Source: Candidatus Kerfeldbacteria bacterium
GTDB lineage: Bacteria; Patescibacteriota; Patescibacteriia; UBA10025; JAHIVO01
Direction of reading: 5' to 3'
Length of the DNA stretch: 64,000 nucleotides
NCBI GenBank assembly: GCA_016214565.1
Contig: JACROE010000002.1
Location: 408,007 to 472,006, forward strand
A program made the position numbers and the translations under genes. Below, piece after piece: positions 8,638 through 18,476 of this stretch. Position 1 is the stretch's first letter, and each line of letters starts with the position of its first letter. A model generated the notes under the pieces. It was not told the origin of the DNA and made no database searches. It saw only the letters and a list, made by a program, of their open reading frames with translations.

Positions 8638-8781
8638 TTAGACGGTTTCGTCTTCCAATTCCTCAGGATTTTCCTCGTCTTCTCCGGTGAAGGTTGGCTC
8701 GGCGCCCATTCCATCTCCTTCCCCTTCGCCATAAAAATCACGATTGATATCGTCAGACGTAGGTCGCACGGGAATTCCCAT
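8638..8781 (-). CDS. possible small, highly acidic peptide (47 aa)
   Basis: Minus-strand ORF MGIPVRPTSDDINRDFYGEGEGDGMGAEPTFTGEDEENPEELEDETV*, found by manual translation and below the ORF-track cutoff. It lies just upstream of the Wzy-like gene. No other support. Confidence 0.2.
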   Translation of the reverse strand: MGIPVRPTSDDINRDFYGEGEGDGMGAEPTFTGEDEENPEELEDETV

Positions 8782-8787
8782 AAAGCA

Positions 8788-10110
8788 TTATGAATTAATT
8801 ATTTTCTCTTGTGGAGCTGGCAAGCCCCGAAGGGTAACCGCCAACCCAATTAAAGTCCAAAATTGAATGGCTAAATCATTTTTAAAATAAGGGGTATCAA
8901 GCAGTCCATGCACAAGCAGTACAATCATCGCCGCCATCAGCCCAATCGCCAGTGACCGTACCTCAGCATCTGCTTGCCGCAGTGCTCGCCGTATCATTTG
9001 GAAAAAACGTACCATCATAATACAAAATATTACGACACCCGCCAACCCCATCTCAATCCACAAGGATAACCATAGGTGATCGGGGTTGGGGAAAAACTCT
9101 GTGTGTGACGCTTCTTTATAATCACCGTAGACCACTGGGAAACTCGCTAAACCAGTACCCAATACCGGATGATCCTGAATAATGCGAGTCGCTCCTTTCC
9201 ACATCACGAGCCGCACGTCAGTGGACACGTCAGACGCCTGAACGACATCCATAATATTACTTCGAATCGCCGGAATCATTAAGGCAGCGACGGCCATCAC
9301 TAACAAGCCCGCCCAAAGCGCGCGGCGATAGCGGGAAAAAAAACTAACTACCACCAAACTGACGAGCACCCCTGCTATCGCGCCGCGGGAAACAGAAAAC
9401 AATAGTGCCACCAAACTAAACGTCAGCACGCCAATGACAAATCCGTGCTCACGGACTGTTTCCCAGAGCGTCCCCCGCCATAGGCGCGCTGCGCCAAAGA
9501 GTAAACCGAGAAACAACCCCATAATCGGACCAATGATTTTCCCGACTGCGGTAGGGAATGGAAACATGCCGGTAGCTCGAGCCGGGGATTCGAGGCCATA
9601 CCCACCCGGAATGCTCAAAATATTCGTATATTGCAAAAGCGTCACAAAACCAATCACCACGGCGAGCACCCCGAGCGCCCACACAACTCCGCGCACCTGC
9701 TGACGCGTTTTAATGGTATTAACAAATACTATGAAAAACAACGCTGGTTCGATGATATATGCTTTCCATAAACCTAGCGCCGCACGCACATCAGGTGAAA
9801 TAGCCACAGCCAGAACTCCGGCTACCACCCAGGCAATGAGTAGCCAACGCCAAGGGGAAAATACGGAAGACGCGTGGGTGCGACTACGTTCTTGAATAGC
9901 GCGCCAGCTCCACGTCACCACAACAATGATAACCATAAGCTCAAGCAGCGTCATGGGTAACGGCCCGACATTAAAACGAATCAAGTATACCGGTAAAAAC
10001 AAAATCACGAGCGTCACTGCCCAATCAAGCATGCGCCAGGCAAGATATGCCCAGATGAAAGCAAATATAATTACTATAACGGCATCAAGCATATCCATAG
10101 TGTACATCAT
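8788..10110 (-). CDS. O-antigen ligase / Wzy-type polymerase family membrane protein
   Basis: About 10-12 TM helices and a Wzy_C-like motif H-x3-L-x4-E-x-G-x2-G (DHLWLSLWIEMGLAGV) in a late loop. Confidence 0.65.
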   Translation of the reverse strand: MMYTMDMLDAVIVIIFAFIWAYLAWRMLDWAVTLVILFLPVYLIRFNVGPLPMTLLELMVIIVVVTWSWRAIQERSRTHASSVFSPWRWLLIAWVVAGVLAVAISPDVRAALGLWKAYIIEPALFFIVFVNTIKTRQQVRGVVWALGVLAVVIGFVTLLQYTNILSIPGGYGLESPARATGMFPFPTAVGKIIGPIMGLFLGLLFGAARLWRGTLWETVREHGFVIGVLTFSLVALLFSVSRGAIAGVLVSLVVVSFFSRYRRALWAGLLVMAVAALMIPAIRSNIMDVVQASDVSTDVRLVMWKGATRIIQDHPVLGTGLASFPVVYGDYKEASHTEFFPNPDHLWLSLWIEMGLAGVVIFCIMMVRFFQMIRRALRQADAEVRSLAIGLMAAMIVLLVHGLLDTPYFKNDLAIQFWTLIGLAVTLRGLPAPQEKIINS

Positions 10111-10130
10111 TTACTCAGCCAGCTCCACCA

Positions 10131-11627
10131 CTAATCAGTAGGGGGCGCCACACGCAGCACCCTCAGGGGGCCTGACTGCCAGGCTGATTGTACATCACCG
10201 AATGCACTCCATTGATCAATCGGATACTGAGGACTCACCACTATACGATAATCAAGGCCTGCCGAAACCACCGAGGGCGCTATGCCAGCCCTCATAAAAA
10301 GATACGAAAAGCTTCGGTCATACGAACCCAGGGGATATGACTGCACGGTGAATGATACACCGTTCGCATCATCAGTAATCAATTGAACCGCTGCCTGCAT
10401 TTCATCTAAACGCAATGGATACGAACTAGCGCGCGAACCAGTTGGCGCTAGGTCATGCACGAGCTGTACAGAAAACCAAGCCTGTACAAAACAAAGGAAG
10501 ATGACGATCGACCCGCAAACCAATTGTGCCAATCGGTGTTTCCCAACAACATACATCAGCCAGCCAACGAACAGAAAAGGCACGGGAAATAATATGGCAA
10601 AATAATGTGTTGGGATTGCTTCCTGGTATTGAGCAAAAATTAATAATGGTACCAAGAACCAGAGTGTCATGATGATCAGGCGCTCTTTCTGCTGTGGCGA
10701 TTTCCAGGCGCGCACTGTATGAACGCCAATACCCAGAACCAATATCACCAGAAGCGACTGCCACCATCGCGAGGGGACTCCATGAGTGAGACAGTCCTGA
10801 AAAAAGTTCTCCACCAAATGATACAAGCGATCAAGGCGTTGCCCAATCGATAGCGTGTGTGGACTATCTGACTGTGTCATCACGCGGATAAAACCTCGTG
10901 CGTTAGCCAATCGATTCGTAATATCGTAAATAATTGTTGGGAGATTCATGGCGGCAACCAGTAGCAAGCCCAAAAAATATTGCCACCAGCGAAATCGCGG
11001 CCGATAGTAAACCCCGAGTATTCCTAACATTACAGGTACCACAAGCAGCGCCGTACCATGAAGCTGAATGATCGCGCCTACAGCGATACCAAGAACATAG
11101 AGATGCCACGCGACTGGTTGCATTTTCTTCTGAATAATCTGAATAGCGCACCACATGATCACCAGCATAAAGAATGGAACCACATTCGGATTCCAGGCCC
11201 ATCGGCCATAGTACACCATCAAAAAACTGGTGCTATAGAGTGCAGCGGCAGCCAGGCCGGCACGCCAATCCCAGAGTGCACGACCAATCGCGTAGATGAA
11301 TATGATACTCAGTGACGAAAAAATCGCAATTGTTACCGCACCAGCCGTGGGCGAACTATTCGACACAAGATAACCAGGAGCAAGTAGATAATAAAAGAAT
11401 GCTCCGAGATGAAAATCGGGCCGATTATTAGGGGCGGCTGGTCCGAGCAGTGGGATTGATTCGCCAGTTACCAGCTGATTCACGACAAATGCATCCCGTC
11501 CTTCGTCTGTCCCGAAATGCATGCTGGGGCCAACGTCAACTAGGCGCAACAATGACCCGACAACCACTACCACGGCCAGGAGCGCCATTTCAAACGCGTG
11601 TCGTCGTAGCCAATTACGTATGCGCAT
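10131..11627 (-). CDS. GT-C fold glycosyltransferase (GT39/ArnT/PMT-like)
   Basis: N-terminal HFGTDEGRDAFVVNQL resembles the first-loop acidic motif of ArnT/PMT GT-C enzymes. Polytopic, 498 aa. Confidence 0.6.
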   Translation of the reverse strand: MRIRNWLRRHAFEMALLAVVVVVGSLLRLVDVGPSMHFGTDEGRDAFVVNQLVTGESIPLLGPAAPNNRPDFHLGAFFYYLLAPGYLVSNSSPTAGAVTIAIFSSLSIIFIYAIGRALWDWRAGLAAAALYSTSFLMVYYGRWAWNPNVVPFFMLVIMWCAIQIIQKKMQPVAWHLYVLGIAVGAIIQLHGTALLVVPVMLGILGVYYRPRFRWWQYFLGLLLVAAMNLPTIIYDITNRLANARGFIRVMTQSDSPHTLSIGQRLDRLYHLVENFFQDCLTHGVPSRWWQSLLVILVLGIGVHTVRAWKSPQQKERLIIMTLWFLVPLLIFAQYQEAIPTHYFAILFPVPFLFVGWLMYVVGKHRLAQLVCGSIVIFLCFVQAWFSVQLVHDLAPTGSRASSYPLRLDEMQAAVQLITDDANGVSFTVQSYPLGSYDRSFSYLFMRAGIAPSVVSAGLDYRIVVSPQYPIDQWSAFGDVQSAWQSGPLRVLRVAPPTD

Positions 11628-13062
11628 CGCTCATGGAAATATTTTGTGCTGCTACTAAAAAAGCTATGGCAAACCAAACGTGCATTATATACAGCGTTGA
11701 AAATGTCTGATACTGGATAATTATGCCGATCACCGCGGCTAATGATGCGACGAGTACCGCCCGAAGATACCCATCACGGGTAATGCGGATAGCCCGAAAC
11801 GTGCGTATAAGCAGTAGCACCAGCAAGCTCAAAAAACTAATCAGCCCGAGTAATCCGGTCTCCGCCAAAATTTCGATAAACTCATTATTAACAATCTTCC
11901 AGCCGTCATCAGGCATATACGCAGGGTGAGGGGCCACCCAGGGACCGAACGCCCCCACACCTACACCGAGCAACCGGTCTTCCTGCCAGGCGAGCGAGGC
12001 TTGCTCAAACGTGTACACCCGCTCATTAAATGAAGCCCCGTAAAAAACATTGATGACATGCTCCTGAAATTTTTCTAGTGTAAATAATCCGCCGCCTGCC
12101 CCCAATGCGCGGAGCACAATCCAGCCGACGATCACTCCCACCAACACGAACGACACGATTAACCGCGGTCGCAACACGCGCTTGAGATAAAATAGCGCAA
12201 TCACCATGAGCATCCCGGCAATGGCGATATATGCGCCACGCGATACCGTAAGGATAAAAGCTACCATTCCCAGACCAAAGAGAACAAGCGCGACTGTCCC
12301 GGTCATGGCGCTTCGTTGTGATAAAAAGAAAGTAAAGACAATTGCAATCGGCAATAATAAATAATTAGCAAAGTACAGTGGCTCGTATGCAGTTGACTGA
12401 ACTCGAGTGAAGCCAAGCACGTCCTGGGTGTACAAATCGCGCAGGCCGGTAATTTCGGGAGGGAGTCCCAACATATCACCGGCAAACTGGAACAGGCCAA
12501 ATGCACTGACTAAAACGTAACTGATCAGCATAACCGCAATCAATCGTTTGATTTGAGCGGTATTGGTTATCAGATTTGGAATCCAAAATACTAAGCTGGC
12601 AGTAAATGTAATATATGCTAAAACGATAATGGAGCGCGGCAAATTTGGAGTATTAATGAGCGACATAACGTTTACCGCAAGAAAAATACTGAGTGGCAGT
12701 AACAGTGGATTGCGAACCAAACGCGCCGGGCGATCCATGACTTGATGAATTAACCACGCTACGGCGGTAGCAAACAACATAATTTGGCTTAAACGAATGG
12801 TCACCCCGCCAAGCTCATATGCCCCCAATCGCTCAAACGGCAACGCCGCGGCAATAACATATACCCCGAACGACGGCCGACGCACTATCAAGAGCACCAC
12901 GGCGATAAACACCACCGCAGCACACCCAAAATACCACGGCGCCATCGTTAGTCCCAGGCTAAGCCCGAGCACGCCGCACAGCATGACCACTAATAAGAGG
13001 CGATCGATTAGAGACATTTCGTCGAGCCAGGCGATACGCATATTAGTGGACCAAAAGCGCAT
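11614..13062 (-). CDS. O-antigen ligase / Wzy-type polymerase family membrane protein (paralog)
   Basis: Polytopic, with an EFIEILAETGLLGLISF motif (E-x-G-x2-G) after a large loop. Overlaps its neighbour by 14 nt. Confidence 0.6.
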   Translation of the reverse strand: MRFWSTNMRIAWLDEMSLIDRLLLVVMLCGVLGLSLGLTMAPWYFGCAAVVFIAVVLLIVRRPSFGVYVIAAALPFERLGAYELGGVTIRLSQIMLFATAVAWLIHQVMDRPARLVRNPLLLPLSIFLAVNVMSLINTPNLPRSIIVLAYITFTASLVFWIPNLITNTAQIKRLIAVMLISYVLVSAFGLFQFAGDMLGLPPEITGLRDLYTQDVLGFTRVQSTAYEPLYFANYLLLPIAIVFTFFLSQRSAMTGTVALVLFGLGMVAFILTVSRGAYIAIAGMLMVIALFYLKRVLRPRLIVSFVLVGVIVGWIVLRALGAGGGLFTLEKFQEHVINVFYGASFNERVYTFEQASLAWQEDRLLGVGVGAFGPWVAPHPAYMPDDGWKIVNNEFIEILAETGLLGLISFLSLLVLLLIRTFRAIRITRDGYLRAVLVASLAAVIGIIIQYQTFSTLYIMHVWFAIAFLVAAQNISMSDAHT

Positions 13063-14167
13063 AAAATTGCTGCATCATGCGCACCTCACTGAAATCGTGC
13101 GCGACTCGATCATAGGCCGCGTCAACCATGGTACGAACGGCTGATCGATTGTTATACAACCATAATAATTGATCGGCTAAATCCTGGCTATTGCCCGGTT
13201 GCGCCAAACGACCGTTCACCCCATGCGTAATGATTTCACCAGTACCGCCGATCCGCGAAGCAATCACGGGAATGCCGCTGGCCATTGCTTCCAGGATGGT
13301 GATGCCGAATGATTCTCGGGTAACGGACGGTAAGACATACGCATCAAAATAATGGTACCAGGGCGCTACATCGCGCTGGCGGCCAATCCATTGCACGTGC
13401 TCTTTCAGATCAAGCCGTTCCGTCAACCAAGTTAATTTTTTCCGCTCACTCCCTTCACCAACAATAATCAATCGAGCAAATGGAACAAACTCGCGAACAA
13501 TTTTCAAAGCATGCAATAAATATTCAATTCCCTTTTCTTTCTCAAGCCGTGCTACACAACCAATATTATAGCGTGCCGATTTCTCCCAATCATAATCCTT
13601 ACGCACGAACTGCTTCAAATTAATCCCCGTATAAATCACCTGAATCCGCTCAGCGGGGACATGAATATCGTCTTGGAGTTGGGTGGCGATGACATGAGAT
13701 ACGGGAACGATGTTAACCAAGCGAGCCATTCGAGCGTACCACCAACGCAAGGGATTTTGCGATAGCCAGCGCTCGCAGGTCACGTGTTCGATCCAAATAA
13801 CGCGCATACCACACAATCGGGCAGGAATGGTGCCTAATATTTTTTCAGTAAGCGACAAACAATACAAAGTCCGTACTCCATGACGCAATCGATACCACAG
13901 CAACAATCCAAGCAATGAAAGTCCGGCCAACGGCGCGGTAAAAGGCCACAGTAAGAGTGTCCAACGAGAAACTGGTTCTGGGCCCGCCCACCAGCGCATA
14001 GCCAGCCATCGTCGAGCGCGGAACTCCTTCAGGAGTACTCGGCAGGAGCCGGCAAAGAAAAAAGACAGTCCCTTCTTTTGCATCGCTTCCACAATCATAA
14101 GCGTATGGCGCTCACCACCGCCAAAAAGTGAAGAATAGGGAAATTTTAATATGAGAATTGGCCGCAT
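13043..14167 (-). CDS. glycosyltransferase family 4 (GT-B, 'group 1')
   Basis: C-terminal EX7E region SVTRESFGITILEAMASGIPVIASRIGGTGEII and a GT-B architecture. Confidence 0.8.
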   Translation of the reverse strand: MRPILILKFPYSSLFGGGERHTLMIVEAMQKKGLSFFFAGSCRVLLKEFRARRWLAMRWWAGPEPVSRWTLLLWPFTAPLAGLSLLGLLLWYRLRHGVRTLYCLSLTEKILGTIPARLCGMRVIWIEHVTCERWLSQNPLRWWYARMARLVNIVPVSHVIATQLQDDIHVPAERIQVIYTGINLKQFVRKDYDWEKSARYNIGCVARLEKEKGIEYLLHALKIVREFVPFARLIIVGEGSERKKLTWLTERLDLKEHVQWIGRQRDVAPWYHYFDAYVLPSVTRESFGITILEAMASGIPVIASRIGGTGEIITHGVNGRLAQPGNSQDLADQLLWLYNNRSAVRTMVDAAYDRVAHDFSEVRMMQQFYALLVH

Positions 14168-14170
14168 ACG

Positions 14171-15589
14171 CTATCGACGAATACTAATAATTTCTCGAAT
14201 GGTGTCAGTCGTGACGGCTCGCATAACTAATAACCCCACACCATAGGCAATCACCCCGCCGATGATCGCCAGCAGCACATGCGCGTCGCGCAATATGAAA
14301 ATTACCGCTCCCATCGCCGCGCACGCCACGACAACTTTAGCCATGGTGCCAAAGCGTGGCCACACTTTGCTGGTAATGCCCACGATGCTGATCATCGAAA
14401 GTGTAATCAAAAACTCGGCCACAATGCGTACCACCGCCGCTCCATAATATGAATGCGCGGGGATGGCGACCATATATCCTACTAACGCTATCCCTGCAAT
14501 CGCTCCGTACAACCAAAGCGTAGCACGCTGACGATTAAGCGCTACCACCGTATTGCCAAACAAATTACCAACAAAAATGATTCCCGTAGCAACTATTAAT
14601 AAACGTAAAATATCCGGCGAAGCCGAGAATTCAGGGGCAACTAAATGCATAATGGGGTCAGCTAACAGCATCGTGCCCACAATCAAGGGGAGCGCTACCA
14701 TCAGCATCGCATCATATGATTTTTGTAATATGCCGCGAAAACGTTCCCGGTCACCGCTCACCCATGCCGCGGTTAACAACGGCAACACCAAGCCGGCAAA
14801 CATGGCGGGGAATGTCACGAGTACTTCTAACACCTTATTAGCTGCACCATACAAGCCAACGGCCGCATCACCCTGATAATGGGAGAGAAAAAGTACGTCA
14901 GTTTTGAAATACAATAAATTAAATCCGATCGATAGGGCGATTGGCCACGCGTCTCGAATCACCGACCGCCAGACTTCCCAATCAAATCGTAAACGGAGCC
15001 GAATAAACTGCCGGCTGAAGACGTACGTCATCATGAAATTCACGAGACTGCTGACACTCACTACCGCCAATATCCAGAGTAAATTCAAATCAAGCACGAC
15101 ACACCCGTATGTTCCGGCTACCAGTACGATTCGACCTACCACTTCAGCGATGACCACTTTATCCATGCGCATGTGCTTCTGAAATATCCCGGATAACACT
15201 TGGTTGAGCGTAATGCCAAAAAAGGACAGCGTGGTGATCAGCACGCCCATCTTAACTATACTCGGGTAATCAAAAAATAAAATGACCAGCGGCGCTAAGC
15301 CTAGAAACACTACCGCTGAAATTAACCGCAAGGTTAAAATATTACTCGCGACTGCGTCAGCATCAATGCCCGGCTCTGATATGCGCTTCACCAAAATAAC
15401 ATACAGCCCCATATCCACCAGAATGCCAAAGAGTTGCAGATACGCCATCACAATGGTGTACTGTCCAAATCCTGCTTCGCCCAAATACCGCGTCAACAGT
15501 CCCACCACAACAACGCCGATGATGGTGCTGATTCCTTTGCCGATTATTTGAACGATAGTATTATGCGCAATGGCGCGAGTATTTGACAT
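14171..15589 (-). CDS. Wzx-type oligosaccharide flippase (MOP superfamily)
   Basis: About 12-14 TM helices, polysaccharide-biosynthesis-protein-like. Probable start is MSNTRAIAHNTIVQIIGKG; the track ORF extends to 15661. Confidence 0.7.
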   Translation of the reverse strand: MSNTRAIAHNTIVQIIGKGISTIIGVVVVGLLTRYLGEAGFGQYTIVMAYLQLFGILVDMGLYVILVKRISEPGIDADAVASNILTLRLISAVVFLGLAPLVILFFDYPSIVKMGVLITTLSFFGITLNQVLSGIFQKHMRMDKVVIAEVVGRIVLVAGTYGCVVLDLNLLWILAVVSVSSLVNFMMTYVFSRQFIRLRLRFDWEVWRSVIRDAWPIALSIGFNLLYFKTDVLFLSHYQGDAAVGLYGAANKVLEVLVTFPAMFAGLVLPLLTAAWVSGDRERFRGILQKSYDAMLMVALPLIVGTMLLADPIMHLVAPEFSASPDILRLLIVATGIIFVGNLFGNTVVALNRQRATLWLYGAIAGIALVGYMVAIPAHSYYGAAVVRIVAEFLITLSMISIVGITSKVWPRFGTMAKVVVACAAMGAVIFILRDAHVLLAIIGGVIAYGVGLLVMRAVTTDTIREIISIRR

Positions 15590-15667
15590 ACGATATTGGC
15601 TGAGCAAAAAATGTGTACAGTAACAAAGTTCTCTGGAATTAATATAGCTTAGCATGCACATCGCTCA

Positions 15668-15696
15668 TTGACAATTGAGTTTTTTTATGCTATCAT
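15668..15696 (+). promoter_or_regulatory. sigma70-type promoter ahead of the SpoIID/LytB-repeat operon
   Basis: TTGACA (15668-15673), 17-nt spacer, TATCAT (15691-15696). About 175-nt leader containing a palindrome gcttgaaattcaagc. Confidence 0.45.
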
Positions 15697-15871
15697 ATAG
15701 AGGTACAGAAAAAAATAAACGCTTGTCGCTTAGCTGAGTGCTCGGCAAAAAATAAAAAAATTGGCGCTGATGTAAAAATACCATTGACGCCAACCATCTG
15801 ACACTCATACTGAGCGGCTTGAAATTCAAGCGGCGATATTATCGTCGCACAAAACAAAAACAAACATCATT

Positions 15872-17779
15872 ATGTACCAGCGCCATACCACCGCGCTCTT
15901 CGGAGCGTTGATGCTATTGCTCATCATCCCCTTTATACCCGGCTACCTCCAACAGGTTATGGCCGAGAATATTATGATACCAGTGGTTGCCCCGGATGCC
16001 GTCCAACCCAGCGTAACGGCCTACCTGACCAGCGGATATGTAGGGTCGCTTGGCTATCTCGACATGCCCGTTTCTCGGGCGCCACAAGTATTAGGTGTAA
16101 GCTATGAGCGAGCCCCCGCATATCGCGCACAGGAAGTAGATCGTTCTCACGGCGTGATCCGCATGAACCCGGAGCAAGCAGTGACCATTTGGATTGATTT
16201 TGAAAATACCGGCACCACTACCTGGTACAATGACGGCCCAAATTTTGTCGCACTCAATTTAACCAATCCCACCAACCGCACCAGTCAATTCCATCACGCA
16301 TTTTGGCCAGCCTCCTATCGACCGGCGAAACTGCTTCAGCGAGAAGTTCGGCCTGGTGAAATAGGTCGATTCCGCATTGCCCTTCAGGCTCCAGCCACGC
16401 CTGGTCTGTACCAGGAGCACTTCCACCTAGTCGCAGAAAACCTCGCCTGGATTGATGGTGGTTATGCCACCATCGATATCGGTGTTGGCCAAAGCGTGGC
16501 ACAGCGCCCCGATTATCGTGCCCGCGAGACGGAGCGAAGCCAGGGCGGCACGATCGCTCTACCGCCAGGCAAAGCGTTTACCTTTTGGATTGATTTTGAG
16601 AATACGGGGCTGAAAAATTGGTACAATACTGGCAATAATTTTATCGCAGTCAACGTGGACAAGCCAATTGGCCGAGTCAGCGCCTTCCAGCATCCCTTTT
16701 GGAGCGAATATTATTACCGACCCGGACGGCTGGCACAGAGCCGAATATACTCGGGGGAGCGCGGACGATTCTACTTCGCCCTCAAAGCCCCGGCTACCCC
16801 GGGTTATTACACTGAATCGTTTGCCCTGGTTGCTGAACATAAAATGTTTATCCCGGGTGGAACATTCACTATTACCTTTAAGGTAGGAAATCAAGAGGTC
16901 GGAGTAGCGGGGAGCGCCCCGGGCGAGCCGACCGTACGCATTGGTATCTATGAAGCAACTCAGCCAGTCACCATCGTGCCCAGTGGAGAGTACACGATGG
17001 CCAATGTGCTCACGGGCACCAGCGAACGGAAAAGTGGCGGCACGCCAGTCACCATCGCTACCAACATATCTACCCATTGGCGCATTGAGCCAATTGATCC
17101 CGTCGGAGTGAGCACGATAAGTAGTTATGAAAACCGCCCTGCCTGGAAACCATCGCTCAATGACAATACATTCCGCGGCGCTATTGAGGTGCGCAGTAAA
17201 CCAAATGCCAGCAGCGCCTGGGTCATTAATGAACTCCCGGTAGAATCATACCTGAAAGGTTTAGCCGAGGTTTCAAATGGACAACCCTCCGAATATCTCA
17301 AATCATTGATCGTGGCAGCGCGCTCCTACGTTCTCTGGCACCATAATCGAGGTGGGAAATATCCTGAACTTGGTTTTGATATCAACGCAATAACCGATCA
17401 AGTATACCGAGGCTACGGATTTGAGCAACGCTCGACCGATCCGCTGGGCGCCATCCAGGCAACCGCCGGCACGGTGATTACCCATCCAAAAGCAATCAGC
17501 GAGATGAATCCTTCAGGCATCGCTGTAGCGGCATACTCATCGGGTACTGACGGACGCACCCGGAGTTACCAGGAAGTTTGGGGAGGCACTCAATTCCCCT
17601 GGCTGGTTTCGGTGGCTGATCCCTATGGCATCATCAGCAACCCCACAACGCTATCCGGCAATCACATGGTGGGCATGTCGGCGAATGGTGCCCGTGGCTA
17701 TGCGCTCAACGAACAAAAAACATTTGACTGGATTCTCCAGCACTATTACACCGGTACAGCCACGAAAAAAATATATTAG
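15872..17779 (+). CDS. secreted SpoIID/LytB-domain protein with two tandem ~125-aa N-terminal repeat domains
   Basis: N-terminal signal/TM segment. Repeat A (aa 84-207) and repeat B (aa 215-339) share WIDFENTG..WYN..NF.A.N....R.S.F.H.FW..YRP..L.......GE.GRF..AL.AP.TPG.Y.E.F.LVAE. The C-terminal block YVLWHHNRGGKYPELGFDINAITDQVYRGYGFE...SSGTDGRTRSYQEVWGGT matches SpoIID/LytB. Confidence 0.7.
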   Translation: MYQRHTTALFGALMLLLIIPFIPGYLQQVMAENIMIPVVAPDAVQPSVTAYLTSGYVGSLGYLDMPVSRAPQVLGVSYERAPAYRAQEVDRSHGVIRMNPEQAVTIWIDFENTGTTTWYNDGPNFVALNLTNPTNRTSQFHHAFWPASYRPAKLLQREVRPGEIGRFRIALQAPATPGLYQEHFHLVAENLAWIDGGYATIDIGVGQSVAQRPDYRARETERSQGGTIALPPGKAFTFWIDFENTGLKNWYNTGNNFIAVNVDKPIGRVSAFQHPFWSEYYYRPGRLAQSRIYSGERGRFYFALKAPATPGYYTESFALVAEHKMFIPGGTFTITFKVGNQEVGVAGSAPGEPTVRIGIYEATQPVTIVPSGEYTMANVLTGTSERKSGGTPVTIATNISTHWRIEPIDPVGVSTISSYENRPAWKPSLNDNTFRGAIEVRSKPNASSAWVINELPVESYLKGLAEVSNGQPSEYLKSLIVAARSYVLWHHNRGGKYPELGFDINAITDQVYRGYGFEQRSTDPLGAIQATAGTVITHPKAISEMNPSGIAVAAYSSGTDGRTRSYQEVWGGTQFPWLVSVADPYGIISNPTTLSGNHMVGMSANGARGYALNEQKTFDWILQHYYTGTATKKIY

Positions 17780-17805
17780 CCAATCTCTGCTATAATGACT
17801 GCGGT

Positions 17806-18474
17806 ATGTCTATTATTGGTCCAAACATAGAAATTACTGAGTCAGATTGGCGCAATATGACCGACGAGCTACAGAATTACGCCCGCGGTCATTTTTGGCG
17901 CGACTATACCTGGCACGCCGCCCGCATGTCGGTGATTGACCCCGAACAATTTAAAAGTGTCCTCATCACTGATAATGAGTGGATAGGCATGCTGCGGGAA
18001 TTAGAAAACTACCGCCGCCAAGAAAATTGGGACGCTTTTGCCGCGCGCCTTGCGCGCATGAAGCTTATTGACGCCGAACGATCACGCAATATCGAAATCT
18101 CAGATGCGCAGTGGGCAAACATCCTCAACATACTGAAAAAAACTGTCATGCAAAACAATTGGATCCTCTTTGCCTCCCACGCGCACCACATGAAAACAAT
18201 TGATCCGGAGCGGTTCGCTAAAATTTCCATTGAAGACAAGGCGTGGCAAGGCATGCTAAAAAAACTTGATGAATTTCGAGGCAATGATATTGCAGGAAAA
18301 TTTACCAAGCACGCCTCATACCTGAAAAGTATTAATCCAGAACGATTCAAAGCAATTCGTATTTCTGCCTCTGATTGGCAAGTAATTGCCCAGGAGCTTC
18401 AACTCAAGCGACAAAAAAACTATTGGGCGGCATTTGCCGCACAAGCCAGCAGAATAAAAACGTTATTTGATTAA
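17806..18474 (+). CDS. unrecognised protein made of five tandem ~44-aa repeats
   Basis: Repeats at nt 17827-17964, 17965-18096, 18097-18228, 18229-18360 and 18361-18471. Consensus I-[STE]-[DE]-x-x-W-x-x-[MI]-L-x-x-L-x-x-[YF]-x4-NW-x2-FA-x4-[MI]-K-x-I-[DN]-PERF-K. I recognise no family. Confidence 0.55.
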   Translation: MSIIGPNIEITESDWRNMTDELQNYARGHFWRDYTWHAARMSVIDPEQFKSVLITDNEWIGMLRELENYRRQENWDAFAARLARMKLIDAERSRNIEISDAQWANILNILKKTVMQNNWILFASHAHHMKTIDPERFAKISIEDKAWQGMLKKLDEFRGNDIAGKFTKHASYLKSINPERFKAIRISASDWQVIAQELQLKRQKNYWAAFAAQASRIKTLFD

Positions 18475-18476
18475 CT

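Noticed and set aside
8451-8690. 79-aa ORF spanning tRNA-Ala
   Set aside because: It runs straight across a canonical tRNA gene and its terminator, so it is an artefact of ORF calling.
9423-9895. Cluster of 60-90-aa ORFs on both strands inside the Wzy-like gene
   Set aside because: They are nested in or antisense to a long, coherent polytopic membrane CDS, which is typical noise.
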